Virus record (IMG/VR): IMGVR_UViG_2890906962_000004 | Location: 1-64,000 of that record | DNA: 64,000 nt | Reading direction: 5' to 3' (one strand) | Origin: a virus | Lineage: Duplodnaviria > Caudoviricetes | Part shown: positions 1 through 9,369 of the stretch, one piece after another | How positions within the stretch are numbered: the first letter of the stretch is position 1 | Layout of the letters: each line of letters starts with the position of its first letter | Made by a program: the position numbers and the translations under genes | The notes under the pieces: model-generated | What the model saw: only the letters and a program-made list of their open reading frames with translations | Databases searched by the model: none | What the model was told of the DNA's origin: nothing

Positions 1-499
1 TTGTAATACAGATTAAACGTAAATCATTTACTTTAGAGGTTTAGAATAATCCTAAAAAATATTGAAAATGTTTTATAAATAATTAGTAATCTTAACGTTA
101 ATGTAAGCCATTAATAACCAAAGGATACAAAAAAACCTAATCATATCAATGGTAATGTGATGCTGGGCACTCTGTAGGCTTTTGAGAAGTGCAAAATCCA
201 GTGCGTTATAATGGTGCAACACAATCACAATGCGAATATAATCCCAAAAAACTTACAGTATATAATTAATTTGCTAATTAAGTTGCACAATTAATAAATT
301 AACCTTACGAAGCAATTATATACATAGCGTTACAACTGTCTAACTTAGGTGATCATGTTTTGCAATGCGCCTAAGAATGATCATGTAAAAGAACCGGAAA
401 CGAAACGGCAAACAAACGTGATCAAAATGACCCATCCTTTTCCGCTTTCCCTCAAAAACGCCACCAGCACTATGTTATTGCGAAAAAAATTAGGAAATG

Positions 500-533
500 A
501 TAACTTTAGATAATAACACTTATATAAAGTTAT
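500..533. other. lox-type recombination site (13-8-13): ATAACTTTAGATA-ATAACACT-TATATAAAGTTAT
   Basis: 13-bp inverted arms (1 mismatch) around an asymmetric 8-bp spacer; arms keep the ATAACTT...AAGTTAT ends of loxP; ~150 bp upstream of a Cre homolog. Confidence 0.92.
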
Positions 534-681
534 AGCTTGATCACTGGATGGATGTACACTTGATTTTGATCACCAACTATGGCAGGGATTTTTGACGCGT
601 TTACGTGAAAAGTTACGGGTTTCTACCCCCAACATAAATAAAGATTCACGTAGCGTTACCAAACGGGAAATAGAATAAATT

Positions 682-1707
682 ATGAGCCAACTACCCACAA
701 TTCGTACAATTAACATGCCGGCGCACTTATCACATGTCACAGCCGAGGATGTTGAGAGCAATTTACGGAATTTCTTTAGAGATAAAGAAGGATTCTCGCC
801 CAACACACTCAAGAGTTTATTAAGCGGTGCAAAATTGTACGCGAACTGGTGTGTTGAGCGTGGTTATAGCTGGCTACCCGTTGACCCTGATAACTGCCGT
901 GAGTATTTAATATGGATGAAAGACGTTAAAGGCAATTCTATTAATACTGTTAGGACGCGTCTTGCCATGTTGAATATGCTGATGAAAATATCTGGCTTGC
1001 CGGCTGTAAGCATGGATAGCGTTGTGAGCTTAGGGATGAAAAAGCTAAACCGTGTCGCAGCGACCAGTGGTGAGCGCGTAGGCCAGGCGGTGCCGTTTCA
1101 CCTTGCCGATCTGCAGGTGGCCGACAGACTGTATAAGCAATTAGGTACCGAGTCGGCACTGAGGAACCGCGCATTTTTGTTTGTGGCCTATAACACCATG
1201 TTGCGTATGTCCGAGATCGGGCGACTGCGAGTGCGTGACCTGCAGATAAACGGTGACAACGTAACGTTATTCGTTGCCTACACTAAAACCAATACCGTGA
1301 CCGAAACCATTAAGCAGCTGTCTCAGAAAACCGTGAACGCCCTTTTTGATTGGCTCAAGGCGTCCGGCCTCAGTGCGCACCCGGATGCGATGATGTTTTC
1401 CCAAGTATTTAAGAACGGTAAAACCAGGGTTGCTGATAAGCCAATGAGTAGTGTGGCCATAGAGCAAATTTATAAAGACACTTGGCAATTGATGGGTAAA
1501 GATGATGAACCGGCGAATAAAGGTCGCTATGCGCAATGGTCCGGCCATAGCTGCCGCGTTGGTGCCGCTCAAGACCTGAATACGACAGGTGCATCACTGC
1601 CACAAATCATGGCCGAAGGTGGTTGGAAGAACACGGAAACTGTTATGCGCTATATGCGTAACTCCGGCTCGATCGTAAGTGCCGTTACTGAAATGATGAA
1701 ATTTTAG
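682..1707 (+). CDS. cre: Cre-like tyrosine recombinase
   Basis: 341 aa; RNRAFL..AYNTMLRMSEI (catalytic R), YTKT (K), WSGHSCRVGAAQDL (HxxR), GGWKN.ETVMRY (W, Y); adjacent lox site. Confidence 0.95.
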   Translation: MSQLPTIRTINMPAHLSHVTAEDVESNLRNFFRDKEGFSPNTLKSLLSGAKLYANWCVERGYSWLPVDPDNCREYLIWMKDVKGNSINTVRTRLAMLNMLMKISGLPAVSMDSVVSLGMKKLNRVAATSGERVGQAVPFHLADLQVADRLYKQLGTESALRNRAFLFVAYNTMLRMSEIGRLRVRDLQINGDNVTLFVAYTKTNTVTETIKQLSQKTVNALFDWLKASGLSAHPDAMMFSQVFKNGKTRVADKPMSSVAIEQIYKDTWQLMGKDDEPANKGRYAQWSGHSCRVGAAQDLNTTGASLPQIMAEGGWKNTETVMRYMRNSGSIVSAVTEMMKF

Positions 1708-1786
1708 AGGAAATAAAGTTATAACCTTCTCTTGATTAATTTATAGTTTACCTACAGAATCCCCGTCATGTTGATGGGGATTTTTT

Positions 1787-2125
1787 ATGGCTGATAATCA
1801 GGTATTTGATACTCGCAAAATGGAAATTGACGGCTATACCGTTACTTTCACTGCCGGGATCAAGTCTGGTCGCCCTCTCGTTGTTTTCGGTATTTACACC
1901 AACGACAGCACAATCCCACTCGTCACATTAGAAAAAGAGTATCCGAGCATTCAGAACGCCATTAGCTACACCATGGCCGTGACTGAGAAGGCTGGAAGAA
2001 AACTATTAGAATATTATTTATCGAATTTTGTCGATGTTGTGACGCGCGTATCGAGCGCTATGAACAGCACGAAGATTACGCCGACACCACGGAACCCAAG
2101 AAATAATGCTTACTACAAACCATAA
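1787..2125 (+). CDS. hypothetical phage protein
   Basis: 112-aa ORF after a hairpin (~1758-1786) downstream of cre. Confidence 0.7.
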   Translation: MADNQVFDTRKMEIDGYTVTFTAGIKSGRPLVVFGIYTNDSTIPLVTLEKEYPSIQNAISYTMAVTEKAGRKLLEYYLSNFVDVVTRVSSAMNSTKITPTPRNPRNNAYYKP

Positions 2126-2630
2126 ATGGTTGTTAGGTACGCCATTTATTTGCGCCTCTTACCCTGATGTGGCCCTTAAAATCATTGGGGAACTCTCCCA
2201 GGCTGGATTAGCCGGATTGGATAGATGGGGAATTACTGCAAAATGCGAGGGTATTTCTCCGCATAAAATTAGGATCTCAATTAACCAATTGGAATCATAC
2301 GGCGTCATTGATTGCGACACGCGTAACTACACGTTGGCACTCTCTGATTACCGTTCCTGTATCATTGATAAGTTTAATTCTACCCAGGCGCGGTTACTGA
2401 GTTTCATTACTCGCCATCGCAATGGAAAAGCTGCTACCGCTGGCGAAATTCACACGCATTACCTACTAGAACGCTCACAGCTGCAACCGGCAGCTCGCAG
2501 ACTTGAAGCTAACGGGTACATTACGATCACCCTATCTAATGACCCAGGCACCCGAAGTAAGCTGATTTATCAGTTAAAAGACTTAACCGCTAAAACGGTT
2601 GGGGCTCTGCTCGACTTTAAACACTCATAA
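2106..2630 (+). CDS. hypothetical protein, possible winged-HTH
   Basis: 174 aa overlapping previous ORF; RSQLQPAARRLEANGYIT..DPGTRSKL resembles a MarR-like wing. Confidence 0.6.
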   Translation: MLTTNHKWLLGTPFICASYPDVALKIIGELSQAGLAGLDRWGITAKCEGISPHKIRISINQLESYGVIDCDTRNYTLALSDYRSCIIDKFNSTQARLLSFITRHRNGKAATAGEIHTHYLLERSQLQPAARRLEANGYITITLSNDPGTRSKLIYQLKDLTAKTVGALLDFKHS

Positions 2631-2656
2631 ATTAATAATCTAATAGCGAGATAGTT

Positions 2657-3631
2657 ATGCAATATTTAATTACACCAGAAATCAAAATCGAATTAGAAGA
2701 AAAAACGGGCCTTACCGTTCGTGATTTATCGCGCATGATGCTGATTCTTGGCGATCACAAACTGATTAAACAAGAAGAAGGTTATGATGTTTTCGCTAAC
2801 ATCAACGATGTTGATACAACTAAGCTGGTGGTTGTTCTTGACCAGGCTTTAGATGGCGAAGCATTAGCAGAAGAAAATGAAGGTGTCCTTTACTCCCCAT
2901 TACACGATAACGCCCTAGCGCACGCTTTAATGCGCAAATTCAAACTGCAATTAACACCGATCGTGACTATCAACGGAAACCTAAGCCCATCTTGGAAAGC
3001 TGAGCGTATGGGTACATTCATGTCCCTGGATCAGCAATACACCGGGCTGTTATCACCAGAAAACGAACCGCTGGCATACGTACACCGTGACGCGATTACC
3101 GCAATTGGTATCTGTGCAATGATGGCAGTCGGTATTGGCCGTACAACCTTCATCACGTTTAATGAAGCCGGTAACGCGAGCCTGTTATACATGGCACATG
3201 AGAACGTACCAACCTTATACAACAAAGGTTTAGGCCGTACTATCTTCCCTGCTCCTGAACTGGACCAGTACAACGTTGTTGGCGTTCCAGCTGATATTCT
3301 GGATGCGGCGATCGCTAAAGCACGAACCGAACTGGAAGCGGCTAAGGCGCAAGAAAAGTCGAATGACCAGGCGAATGAAAAGCCATTAGCAGACGCACCA
3401 CAAGCGCAAGATGACGCGCCAGCGGCTAACGTTCAAGATGATGCGCCGGCACCGGTAATTGAACCTGCACCAGCTGCAGTACAAGACGTTGCACCAGTTG
3501 CGCCTGTTAACCCTGCTCCGCTCATTGAGTCTGTAGCAGCTGCGCCAGTAGTTGATTCAGCACCGGCAGCGCCGAGCGTAGAGTCTTCCCCATCTGTGGA
3601 TTCATCGTCAGCACCATCTGACAGCATGTAA
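2657..3631 (+). CDS. hypothetical protein with Pro/Ala/Ser-rich disordered C-terminus
   Basis: 324 aa; terminator follows. Confidence 0.8.
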   Translation: MQYLITPEIKIELEEKTGLTVRDLSRMMLILGDHKLIKQEEGYDVFANINDVDTTKLVVVLDQALDGEALAEENEGVLYSPLHDNALAHALMRKFKLQLTPIVTINGNLSPSWKAERMGTFMSLDQQYTGLLSPENEPLAYVHRDAITAIGICAMMAVGIGRTTFITFNEAGNASLLYMAHENVPTLYNKGLGRTIFPAPELDQYNVVGVPADILDAAIAKARTELEAAKAQEKSNDQANEKPLADAPQAQDDAPAANVQDDAPAPVIEPAPAAVQDVAPVAPVNPAPLIESVAAAPVVDSAPAAPSVESSPSVDSSSAPSDSM

Positions 3632-3652
3632 TTTCACCCCCTCAGATAGCAC

Positions 3653-3680
3653 AAAGCCCGATCATGTCGGGCTTTTTTTT
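3653..3680. terminator. intrinsic terminator (possibly bidirectional)
   Basis: AAAGCCCGA-tcatg-TCGGGCTTT plus T-run between convergent genes. Confidence 0.8.
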
Positions 3681-3682
3681 CG

Positions 3683-4015
3683 TTAGTCGATAACCTTTTC
3701 TACACTGGCTTCCAGATTAGCGCGCCATTCTTTATCACGGTAACTCAGCCGCATATTAATTGATGGCCGTCCTTGTTTATGTAACCACGCCATAGCGCCC
3801 ATGCACTGATGCTCGTTGCCTGTTTCCTCATACTCGCCCACATCACACTCTGCACCGTCTAGTGTCTTATGGCATAAGAAGCCTGAGAAATCGTCCTCTA
3901 ACAATCCCTGCTTAATGCTTTCAACGCGGTCAGGGTGCAATGTGTGGCGAATAGACTTCTCTGAGTCCAGGAACGGACAGTTAGCGCATGGCCGTGCTAA
4001 TCCCATGTTAGACAT
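3683..4015 (-). CDS. Cys-rich hypothetical phage protein
   Basis: 110 aa; PCANCPF, FLCHKT and QC.GA motifs. Confidence 0.75.
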   Translation of the reverse strand: MSNMGLARPCANCPFLDSEKSIRHTLHPDRVESIKQGLLEDDFSGFLCHKTLDGAECDVGEYEETGNEHQCMGAMAWLHKQGRPSINMRLSYRDKEWRANLEASVEKVID

Positions 4016-4418
4016 TAGCTCCCCCTATTTTCGCCTGGTATGTCATGCGCGCCATTTCAGCACTGTAGTTTAGGCAGTTACCTATAAGGCGTGACGTTGT
4101 TTCGGTACCGAGTTCCCACGATGGCTTAATGGGTAGATTGACGATCATAAGGTAATTAGGTGCCATTTCATCACTGCGCTGGCCCATCTTGGCAATGACT
4201 TTATTACGGATCAGGTTCCAGATTATCGCTTGCGCCAGTGATACAGGTTTCTTGTTGTCTCTTAGGTAGGCGCGCACTTGTCTATTGGTCACGATGACAT
4301 TTTGGCTGTGTGCTTTCACGAATCCCTCAGACAGTTGGTTAACTACCTTTACCCGTGCTTTTCCTTTTAACACTACTTCGTTGCTGGTGGTCATAACGGC
4401 CTCAATACATAAGTGCAA
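4008..4418 (-). CDS. hypothetical protein
   Basis: 136-aa ORF overlapping the next gene; start may be the internal Met (MTTSNE). Confidence 0.65.
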   Translation of the reverse strand: MHLCIEAVMTTSNEVVLKGKARVKVVNQLSEGFVKAHSQNVIVTNRQVRAYLRDNKKPVSLAQAIIWNLIRNKVIAKMGQRSDEMAPNYLMIVNLPIKPSWELGTETTSRLIGNCLNYSAEMARMTYQAKIGGANV

Positions 4419-4509
4419 TACGTTTTTAATCTATTGGACAATTATAGTATTGATATATTATGTGAGGCAATATATTATTGCCTCACTTTCCGGTAACGCA
4501 GTAACGACT

Positions 4510-5169
4510 ATGAATACTGATTACGCCGCTAAGCTCGAAAAAGCGAAGCAGCAACAGGAAAGAGCAAGAGAACGTCAAAAGGCCAAACAGAGTAACCCTG
4601 AATACCAGGCCAAAGTGAAGGCTAAGGCTCAAGCAAGAGCCAACAAAGCAGTAGAAAAGCAACGGCAAAAACTCTCTGACCCACTGTATATAGCGGAACA
4701 GAGAGAGAAGAAGAGAAAGGCGATTGAGCGGCGGTTAGAAGTAGCCAAAACGAAAAAGCCCGAATCTAAGCCACCAGCGGCGCGTAAGTCAGGGACTAAA
4801 ATCGCTTATCGAGAACGGTCCACAAGCACTGATGAAAAACGCTTATGGGATGAACTAGGCCAATTACCTTGTGTAGCTTGCCTGGAACACGGGAAAGAAA
4901 GACACCCCGTAGCAATTCATCACATGAGGGGACGCACGTCTGAAAATTGCCATAAACTTGTAATCCCTTTATGTGATTGGCATCACGACACGCCAGCACC
5001 AAAAGAAGTGATTGCATTGCACGAGTGGATGATTCCGCGACATGCGAAAGGCTCTTTAGGTGGCAAGCCGGCGTTCGAAGCGGCTAACGCAAAAGAAACT
5101 GATTTGATGCTGACCGCTTACACAATGATCGGTCGGCGTGAAGAAGCCTTAAAACTTCTTGCTCTTTAA
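4510..5169 (+). CDS. ref: Ref-family recombination enhancement (RecA-dependent HNH-type) nuclease
   Basis: Basic coiled N-terminus, then LPCVAC..HH..G....H..VIPLCDWHH; P1-like position downstream of cre; start taken at ATG 4510. Confidence 0.85.
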   Translation: MNTDYAAKLEKAKQQQERARERQKAKQSNPEYQAKVKAKAQARANKAVEKQRQKLSDPLYIAEQREKKRKAIERRLEVAKTKKPESKPPAARKSGTKIAYRERSTSTDEKRLWDELGQLPCVACLEHGKERHPVAIHHMRGRTSENCHKLVIPLCDWHHDTPAPKEVIALHEWMIPRHAKGSLGGKPAFEAANAKETDLMLTAYTMIGRREEALKLLAL

Positions 5170-5233
5170 CAATATGACCTGTTAAATTCGCCCCGTCTTG
5201 GGGCATTTACGAATCCCGAAGGCATCACGTCAA

Positions 5234-5308
5234 TGGTGGCGTGTTAGTACGCTTACGCGTACCAAGGTCGTGCTTGTCCTTGGGGTTCCAACTAACACGC
5301 CGCCACCA
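5234..5308 (+). ncRNA. c4: c4-like antisense RNA
   Basis: Outer stem TGGTGGCGTGTTAG/CTAACACGCCGCCACCA; inner hairpins GTACGC-TTAC-GCGTAC and CCAAGG-loop-CCTTGG; loop GTGCTTGTC is complementary to GACAAGCAC (5350-5358) directly before the icd ATG. Confidence 0.85.
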
Positions 5309-5358
5309 AATTAGATTGGACCTCTAATTAATGACGGCTTAAACAATGAGACAAGCAC

Positions 5359-5562
5359 ATGAAAATGACTCAATGTAAAAAGCAATCCCTCTATGTATGG
5401 CGCTTTGGCGCAACTCGTATTGATGACAAGTGCGATACAATCACACATCAAACTGTTATCGCTCGCACCGAGCATGAAGCCCGGAGCTCTCTCGATGATT
5501 ATATTTGCTACTTTGCTGGCAAGCGCCCTGCTTCACCAGCTGAAATCAGCACATATCAATAA
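5359..5562 (+). CDS. icd: Icd-like host cell division inhibitor
   Basis: 67 aa; WRF...VIARTEHEARSSL..Y.CYFAGKRP pattern; downstream of c4. Confidence 0.8.
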   Translation: MKMTQCKKQSLYVWRFGATRIDDKCDTITHQTVIARTEHEARSSLDDYICYFAGKRPASPAEISTYQ

Positions 5563-5570
5563 TCATCACT

Positions 5571-5594
5571 AGGCCGCATAGCGCGGCCTTTTTT
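5571..5594 (+). terminator. intrinsic terminator
   Basis: AGGCCGC-atagc-GCGGCCT plus T-run. Confidence 0.8.
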
Positions 5595-5657
5595 GATCGA
5601 GCTAAACATCTTGTTTCCAGGGTGCTTAACTCGATTAAAACAGTAAGAGAGCTACCC

Positions 5658-6128
5658 ATGGCTAAAATCAATACCCATCACCCAGACTACTTATCCGCTG
5701 ATCGCGTTCGCCAGGCATTACAAATGGCCGGGATTAAGCCGGTAAGCGGCTGTAAGTATGCGCATGAGTACCGGATTAACGGTTGTGGTTATCACTATCA
5801 CATTCATTACTACGTTAAGACGTTTGAGCAAGCGCAATACACTCCTGCAGTAATGGTTATTCATCCTTTTAGATTGGATCAACTGCAACACGTATTCGAT
5901 AAGGTACCGGATGCCGTTCTGTGTAAGGCTGATTTAAGTACCTCGTTCTTAAAACTTGCACCTTATGAGGGAACGAACTCACGGATCGGCTATAGCGTTG
6001 TCTTTAAAAAGCATCGCGCGGTCGCAGACTTCCTCAAAGAGCTAGGTTCAGCGTTAAAGGCTGGCATTGTGACTGACGAAATAGAGCCTACCCTTACAGA
6101 AGGCCAGGCATTTATTAGTTGCCACTAA
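5658..6128 (+). CDS. hypothetical protein
   Basis: ORF; ATG 5658 with upstream AGAG. Confidence 0.7.
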   Translation: MAKINTHHPDYLSADRVRQALQMAGIKPVSGCKYAHEYRINGCGYHYHIHYYVKTFEQAQYTPAVMVIHPFRLDQLQHVFDKVPDAVLCKADLSTSFLKLAPYEGTNSRIGYSVVFKKHRAVADFLKELGSALKAGIVTDEIEPTLTEGQAFISCH

Positions 6129-6143
6129 CAGCGAGGTTAAGTT

Positions 6144-6590
6144 GTGCGTGTATCAAAACAGCAGTACCAATTAATTGTGGCTTTCGCCTCAGCAATCCCT
6201 TGTGAACTTAACCCACCCGAAGGCACACCGGCGCTGGTGGATAGCTCAGGCTTTTATTATGGCGATGGAATCACCCGTCATGAAAGAGCGATATTGCAGC
6301 TATTTAAGGCTCGCATACTGGACTGTCACGGCGATGAAGACGATTACACGGTAAAGCTGGTGGATAGAGAAGGATTCTTGCTCTCGTTTAAAGCTGGCGC
6401 GCGTGAGGCGGCTAACGGTAACGGGATCAGCTACATAGATTACAGCGATTGCCCTATGGCGTTTATGGCTGGCTATGAGCACTGGCATAACCGCCAGAAG
6501 AAGAATACTCGCCCTTATAGCGAACAAGATTTTGATGTTTGTCACGGCTTTATTAGCGCTGACACCGGGAATGAATGGCTTCAACTCTAA
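6144..6590 (+). CDS. hypothetical protein
   Basis: 148 aa; GAGG RBS before GTG. Confidence 0.75.
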   Translation: MRVSKQQYQLIVAFASAIPCELNPPEGTPALVDSSGFYYGDGITRHERAILQLFKARILDCHGDEDDYTVKLVDREGFLLSFKAGAREAANGNGISYIDYSDCPMAFMAGYEHWHNRQKKNTRPYSEQDFDVCHGFISADTGNEWLQL

Positions 6591-6614
6591 CAATCAGTCA
6601 TAAGGAGTAAAAAG

Positions 6615-6845
6615 ATGGCTAAGAAATCAACTAAAACCAAAACGCACATGATTACTCTCGTAAGTGAAAAAGGCAGAAAGCGCGTCAAGGTTCACGAAAC
6701 CGCTACATCGTGGGTTGTGGGTGTGAATGAGGGTTACTGTAAACAAACAGGACGCCGTAACGCGTGTCCCACCAGCTACCGCCGCTTATTAATCGACACG
6801 CTAACCGAAATCGTTGTGTTAGAACCTTTGCGCGTTTGTGCATAA
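6615..6845 (+). CDS. hypothetical phage protein
   Basis: 76 aa; TAAGGAG RBS; terminator ~6865-6888. Confidence 0.8.
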   Translation: MAKKSTKTKTHMITLVSEKGRKRVKVHETATSWVVGVNEGYCKQTGRRNACPTSYRRLLIDTLTEIVVLEPLRVCA

Positions 6846-6949
6846 AATTACTGGAATTTGACTCAGGCCGCTCATTGCGGCCTTTTTTACGCCTAAATTT
6901 TGCATAAAGCCGCTAATTCTGGCGGTTTTAACCAACGTTTATAAGAGAG

Positions 6950-7384
6950 TTGATTATGTTCGGAATGTTTAAAAACAAAGTTCGTAAAGTTGCCGGTAAC
7001 GTTAAGAAGATGGAAAACCGCGATGCGGTAGAAGCCTCAGTGTGGGGTGCATACGCGGTCGCGTTCGCTGACGGAAACTGTGAGCCATCCGAGATCGCTA
7101 TTCTTGAGAAAACCCTTGCTGCCACCCCTGCTTTCGCTGGTTTTTCGGGTGAAATTTCTCAAATGAGCAGCAATATCCGCGCACGTTACGAAGCATCGCC
7201 TCGCGCTGCTAATGTTGCCGCCCTGCGTGAACTGGCTGACATTGCTGGAACGCCGGAAGCTGAGGATGTTGTTGCCCTATGCCTAGATATTGCTGAGAAA
7301 GAGGGGAAAATCGGCGAGGATGAAATGAACGTCCTCAAGAAGATTGCTCAAGCTCTGCAAGTGCAACTAGATAAATTCTTTTAA
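6950..7384 (+). CDS. tciA: TerB-family protein (P1 TciA-like)
   Basis: A.ADG..E.SE and IAE..G.IGEDE..VLKKIAQAL TerB motifs. Confidence 0.85.
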   Translation: MIMFGMFKNKVRKVAGNVKKMENRDAVEASVWGAYAVAFADGNCEPSEIAILEKTLAATPAFAGFSGEISQMSSNIRARYEASPRAANVAALRELADIAGTPEAEDVVALCLDIAEKEGKIGEDEMNVLKKIAQALQVQLDKFF

Positions 7385-7551
7385 TGACTAAAGCCAAACT
7401 GGTTTTTGCGCTGGTGGCTTTGTTGGTCCTGGCAACATTGGGACTCAGTAGCCGCCTTATTGGCTTGTTTGCTGATTTAACACTGATGGGAATACTACTT
7501 TGCATCATTGTTTATGTGTTGAAGCCTCGCAACTCCACGCATAAAAAATAA
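7384..7551 (+). CDS. small membrane protein (TciB-like); not in ORF track
   Basis: 55 aa MTKAKLVFALVALLVLATLGLSSRLIGLFADLTLMGILLCIIVYVLKPRNSTHKK; TAATG-coupled to terB; two hydrophobic segments. Confidence 0.75.
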   Translation: MTKAKLVFALVALLVLATLGLSSRLIGLFADLTLMGILLCIIVYVLKPRNSTHKK

Positions 7552-7621
7552 CGCTTCACGCATAGCACTACACACTTAACGCATAAGGCCGATTAACTCG
7601 GCCTTTTTTTATGGGATCACC

Positions 7622-8032
7622 ATGGCATTAGAAATTATAGAGACAGATAAAATTGGACTGACCGGCTCAGTTAAAACGCGCACTGGAGATAAGTTAAACA
7701 TCCTAATAACTGAAAATGACGAGCGCGCCATGATCATGCTTATTCAGAATGGTGAACTTGAAGCTTTCAAATATATTCCTAATGATGACTTTAACGGTGT
7801 GGTACATGAAATCGTTGAAGTATGGTCCTTTGATCATTTGTACAACTTGCTTTGGCCTAATGCGTTGCTCACAGAAAAACGCGCATTGATGATTGAAGGG
7901 CTTGTTTTCTTTGTAGAAACAATAGTCATAGAGCTATTGGATTCCGTGCACGGTCATGTCTGCGAGGACTGCAGGGAAGAAGAACACAATCACCATGAAG
8001 TACACGCCGCACCAGGGGCAGTTCTTCACTAA
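7622..8032 (+). CDS. hypothetical protein, His/Cys-rich C-terminus
   Basis: 136-aa ORF. Confidence 0.7.
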   Translation: MALEIIETDKIGLTGSVKTRTGDKLNILITENDERAMIMLIQNGELEAFKYIPNDDFNGVVHEIVEVWSFDHLYNLLWPNALLTEKRALMIEGLVFFVETIVIELLDSVHGHVCEDCREEEHNHHEVHAAPGAVLH

Positions 8033-8253
8033 TGACAAGACGTAAAAAGAAGCCGGTTAAGTCCGGCTCAATTCCCCTCTATATCGGTTCATTCATCATG
8101 TTTTCCACGCTGTTTCTTGGGATCCGCTTATATGGCTTTGAATGGACCGTACACCACGTAACGCTAGGTGCCGTTCTATTCGGGTTAGGCTCGATGGCCG
8201 GACGTGACCACCAGCGCCAGATTCAACGTAACAGAGCAAACAAACAACGATGA
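8032..8253 (+). CDS. small membrane protein
   Basis: 73 aa; two hydrophobic stretches; translationally coupled. Confidence 0.7.
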   Translation: MTRRKKKPVKSGSIPLYIGSFIMFSTLFLGIRLYGFEWTVHHVTLGAVLFGLGSMAGRDHQRQIQRNRANKQR

Positions 8254-8405
8254 CCTGCAATAAGAAGATCACCTTTAAGGGCAAAGACTACGAGTGCGGT
8301 ACCACAGTAAGAGAGGGCCAATTGCTTTGCTCTCAGTGCTCGCAAGCCATGCGTGAATGTGGTTTGTCAGTACAGAAAGCAAAGCGATGGAGTCAGCCAA
8401 AATGA
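8250..8405 (+). CDS. small Cys-rich protein; not in ORF track
   Basis: 51 aa MTCNKKITFKGKDYECGTTVREGQLLCSQCSQAMRECG...; ATGA overlaps at both ends. Confidence 0.65.
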   Translation: MTCNKKITFKGKDYECGTTVREGQLLCSQCSQAMRECGLSVQKAKRWSQPK

Positions 8406-8635
8406 AGAAGCGCACTAAGCAAGTAACAGCGTTCGGGCTGACCTTTGATGTGCATCGGGACGTGAAATTTATCACGATAGATAGCGATGGCATGGTGCAA
8501 GGCCACTATGTTGAGCCGGTACGCCGTCAGTCGGTATGGCTATCCCAAACAAAAGGTTTATGTGAGCAATCAGATTGGCTCTATAAGGTCGATTTTGAAG
8601 GCGAGAATTGGCAAGACTGCATCGCTGCAGTGTAA
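8402..8635 (+). CDS. hypothetical phage protein
   Basis: ATGA-coupled start at 8402. Confidence 0.7.
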   Translation: MKKRTKQVTAFGLTFDVHRDVKFITIDSDGMVQGHYVEPVRRQSVWLSQTKGLCEQSDWLYKVDFEGENWQDCIAAV

Positions 8636-8670
8636 CCAGGTATTCATTTTAATTATTTAGGTAATTCCCC

Positions 8671-9369
8671 ATGGAACAAGAACAACAAGCACCCTCAATC
8701 GCCGCTGGTGGCCCGTTAAACAACGAAACGTTTAAAGACTTCATCCAACGTCTGCGCCATGACGTAGCCGGTGAAAGAGTGTATGACCATTGCACATCCA
8801 ACGCAGTTTTTATTGTTAAGCGCGCTCGTCCCGTACTCCCCTCCAAAGTTATCTACGACAAGAATCATGAGCACCATTGGTACAGTCCTACCGAATACTG
8901 GGATAGCCTCTCTCAAGAAGAACGAGTAGCAGTCAACGATGCTTCATTTAAAAGCCGGAAAGAACCTTACCAACTGTTACCGGATAGTGAGCAGTGGGAC
9001 TTCTTAGCTGAATTAGATTACCTGAACGTCTACACGTATCGGGAAGAATGGGAGTACGTCGGTAGCCACCTTACATACGCGGCTGCTGAGGCGTTTATTA
9101 AACGTAAAGGCCATGATTACCCTAACGGGCTACGTATCTTCACTGACAGCCGCGTATGGTGCCCTGAATTCACCACTATCGTTGATGCCCTTCTCGCTGG
9201 TCAGCTCGTTCTTAACACGCCAGATAGCGATAATTACGCTGCCCTAGTCTCTCTCAATAACGTTAACGAGCAATTACAACGAGTGGGTATTGATGAAGGT
9301 TCGGCGCAATTAGGCGTACTAAAACTCATTGAGCTGGCAAACCTGAGTAAAGTTACCAAGGCTCCCTAA
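8671..9369 (+). CDS. hypothetical phage protein (Ead/Ea22-associated type)
   Basis: 232 aa; HLT..AAEAFIKRK.HDY motif. Confidence 0.75.
   Translation: MEQEQQAPSIAAGGPLNNETFKDFIQRLRHDVAGERVYDHCTSNAVFIVKRARPVLPSKVIYDKNHEHHWYSPTEYWDSLSQEERVAVNDASFKSRKEPYQLLPDSEQWDFLAELDYLNVYTYREEWEYVGSHLTYAAAEAFIKRKGHDYPNGLRIFTDSRVWCPEFTTIVDALLAGQLVLNTPDSDNYAALVSLNNVNEQLQRVGIDEGSAQLGVLKLIELANLSKVTKAP

Noticed and set aside
4285-4509. 75-aa N-terminal extension of Ref in the ORF track
   Set aside because: Overlaps an opposite-strand gene and an AT-rich divergent promoter region; ATG 4510 is more plausible
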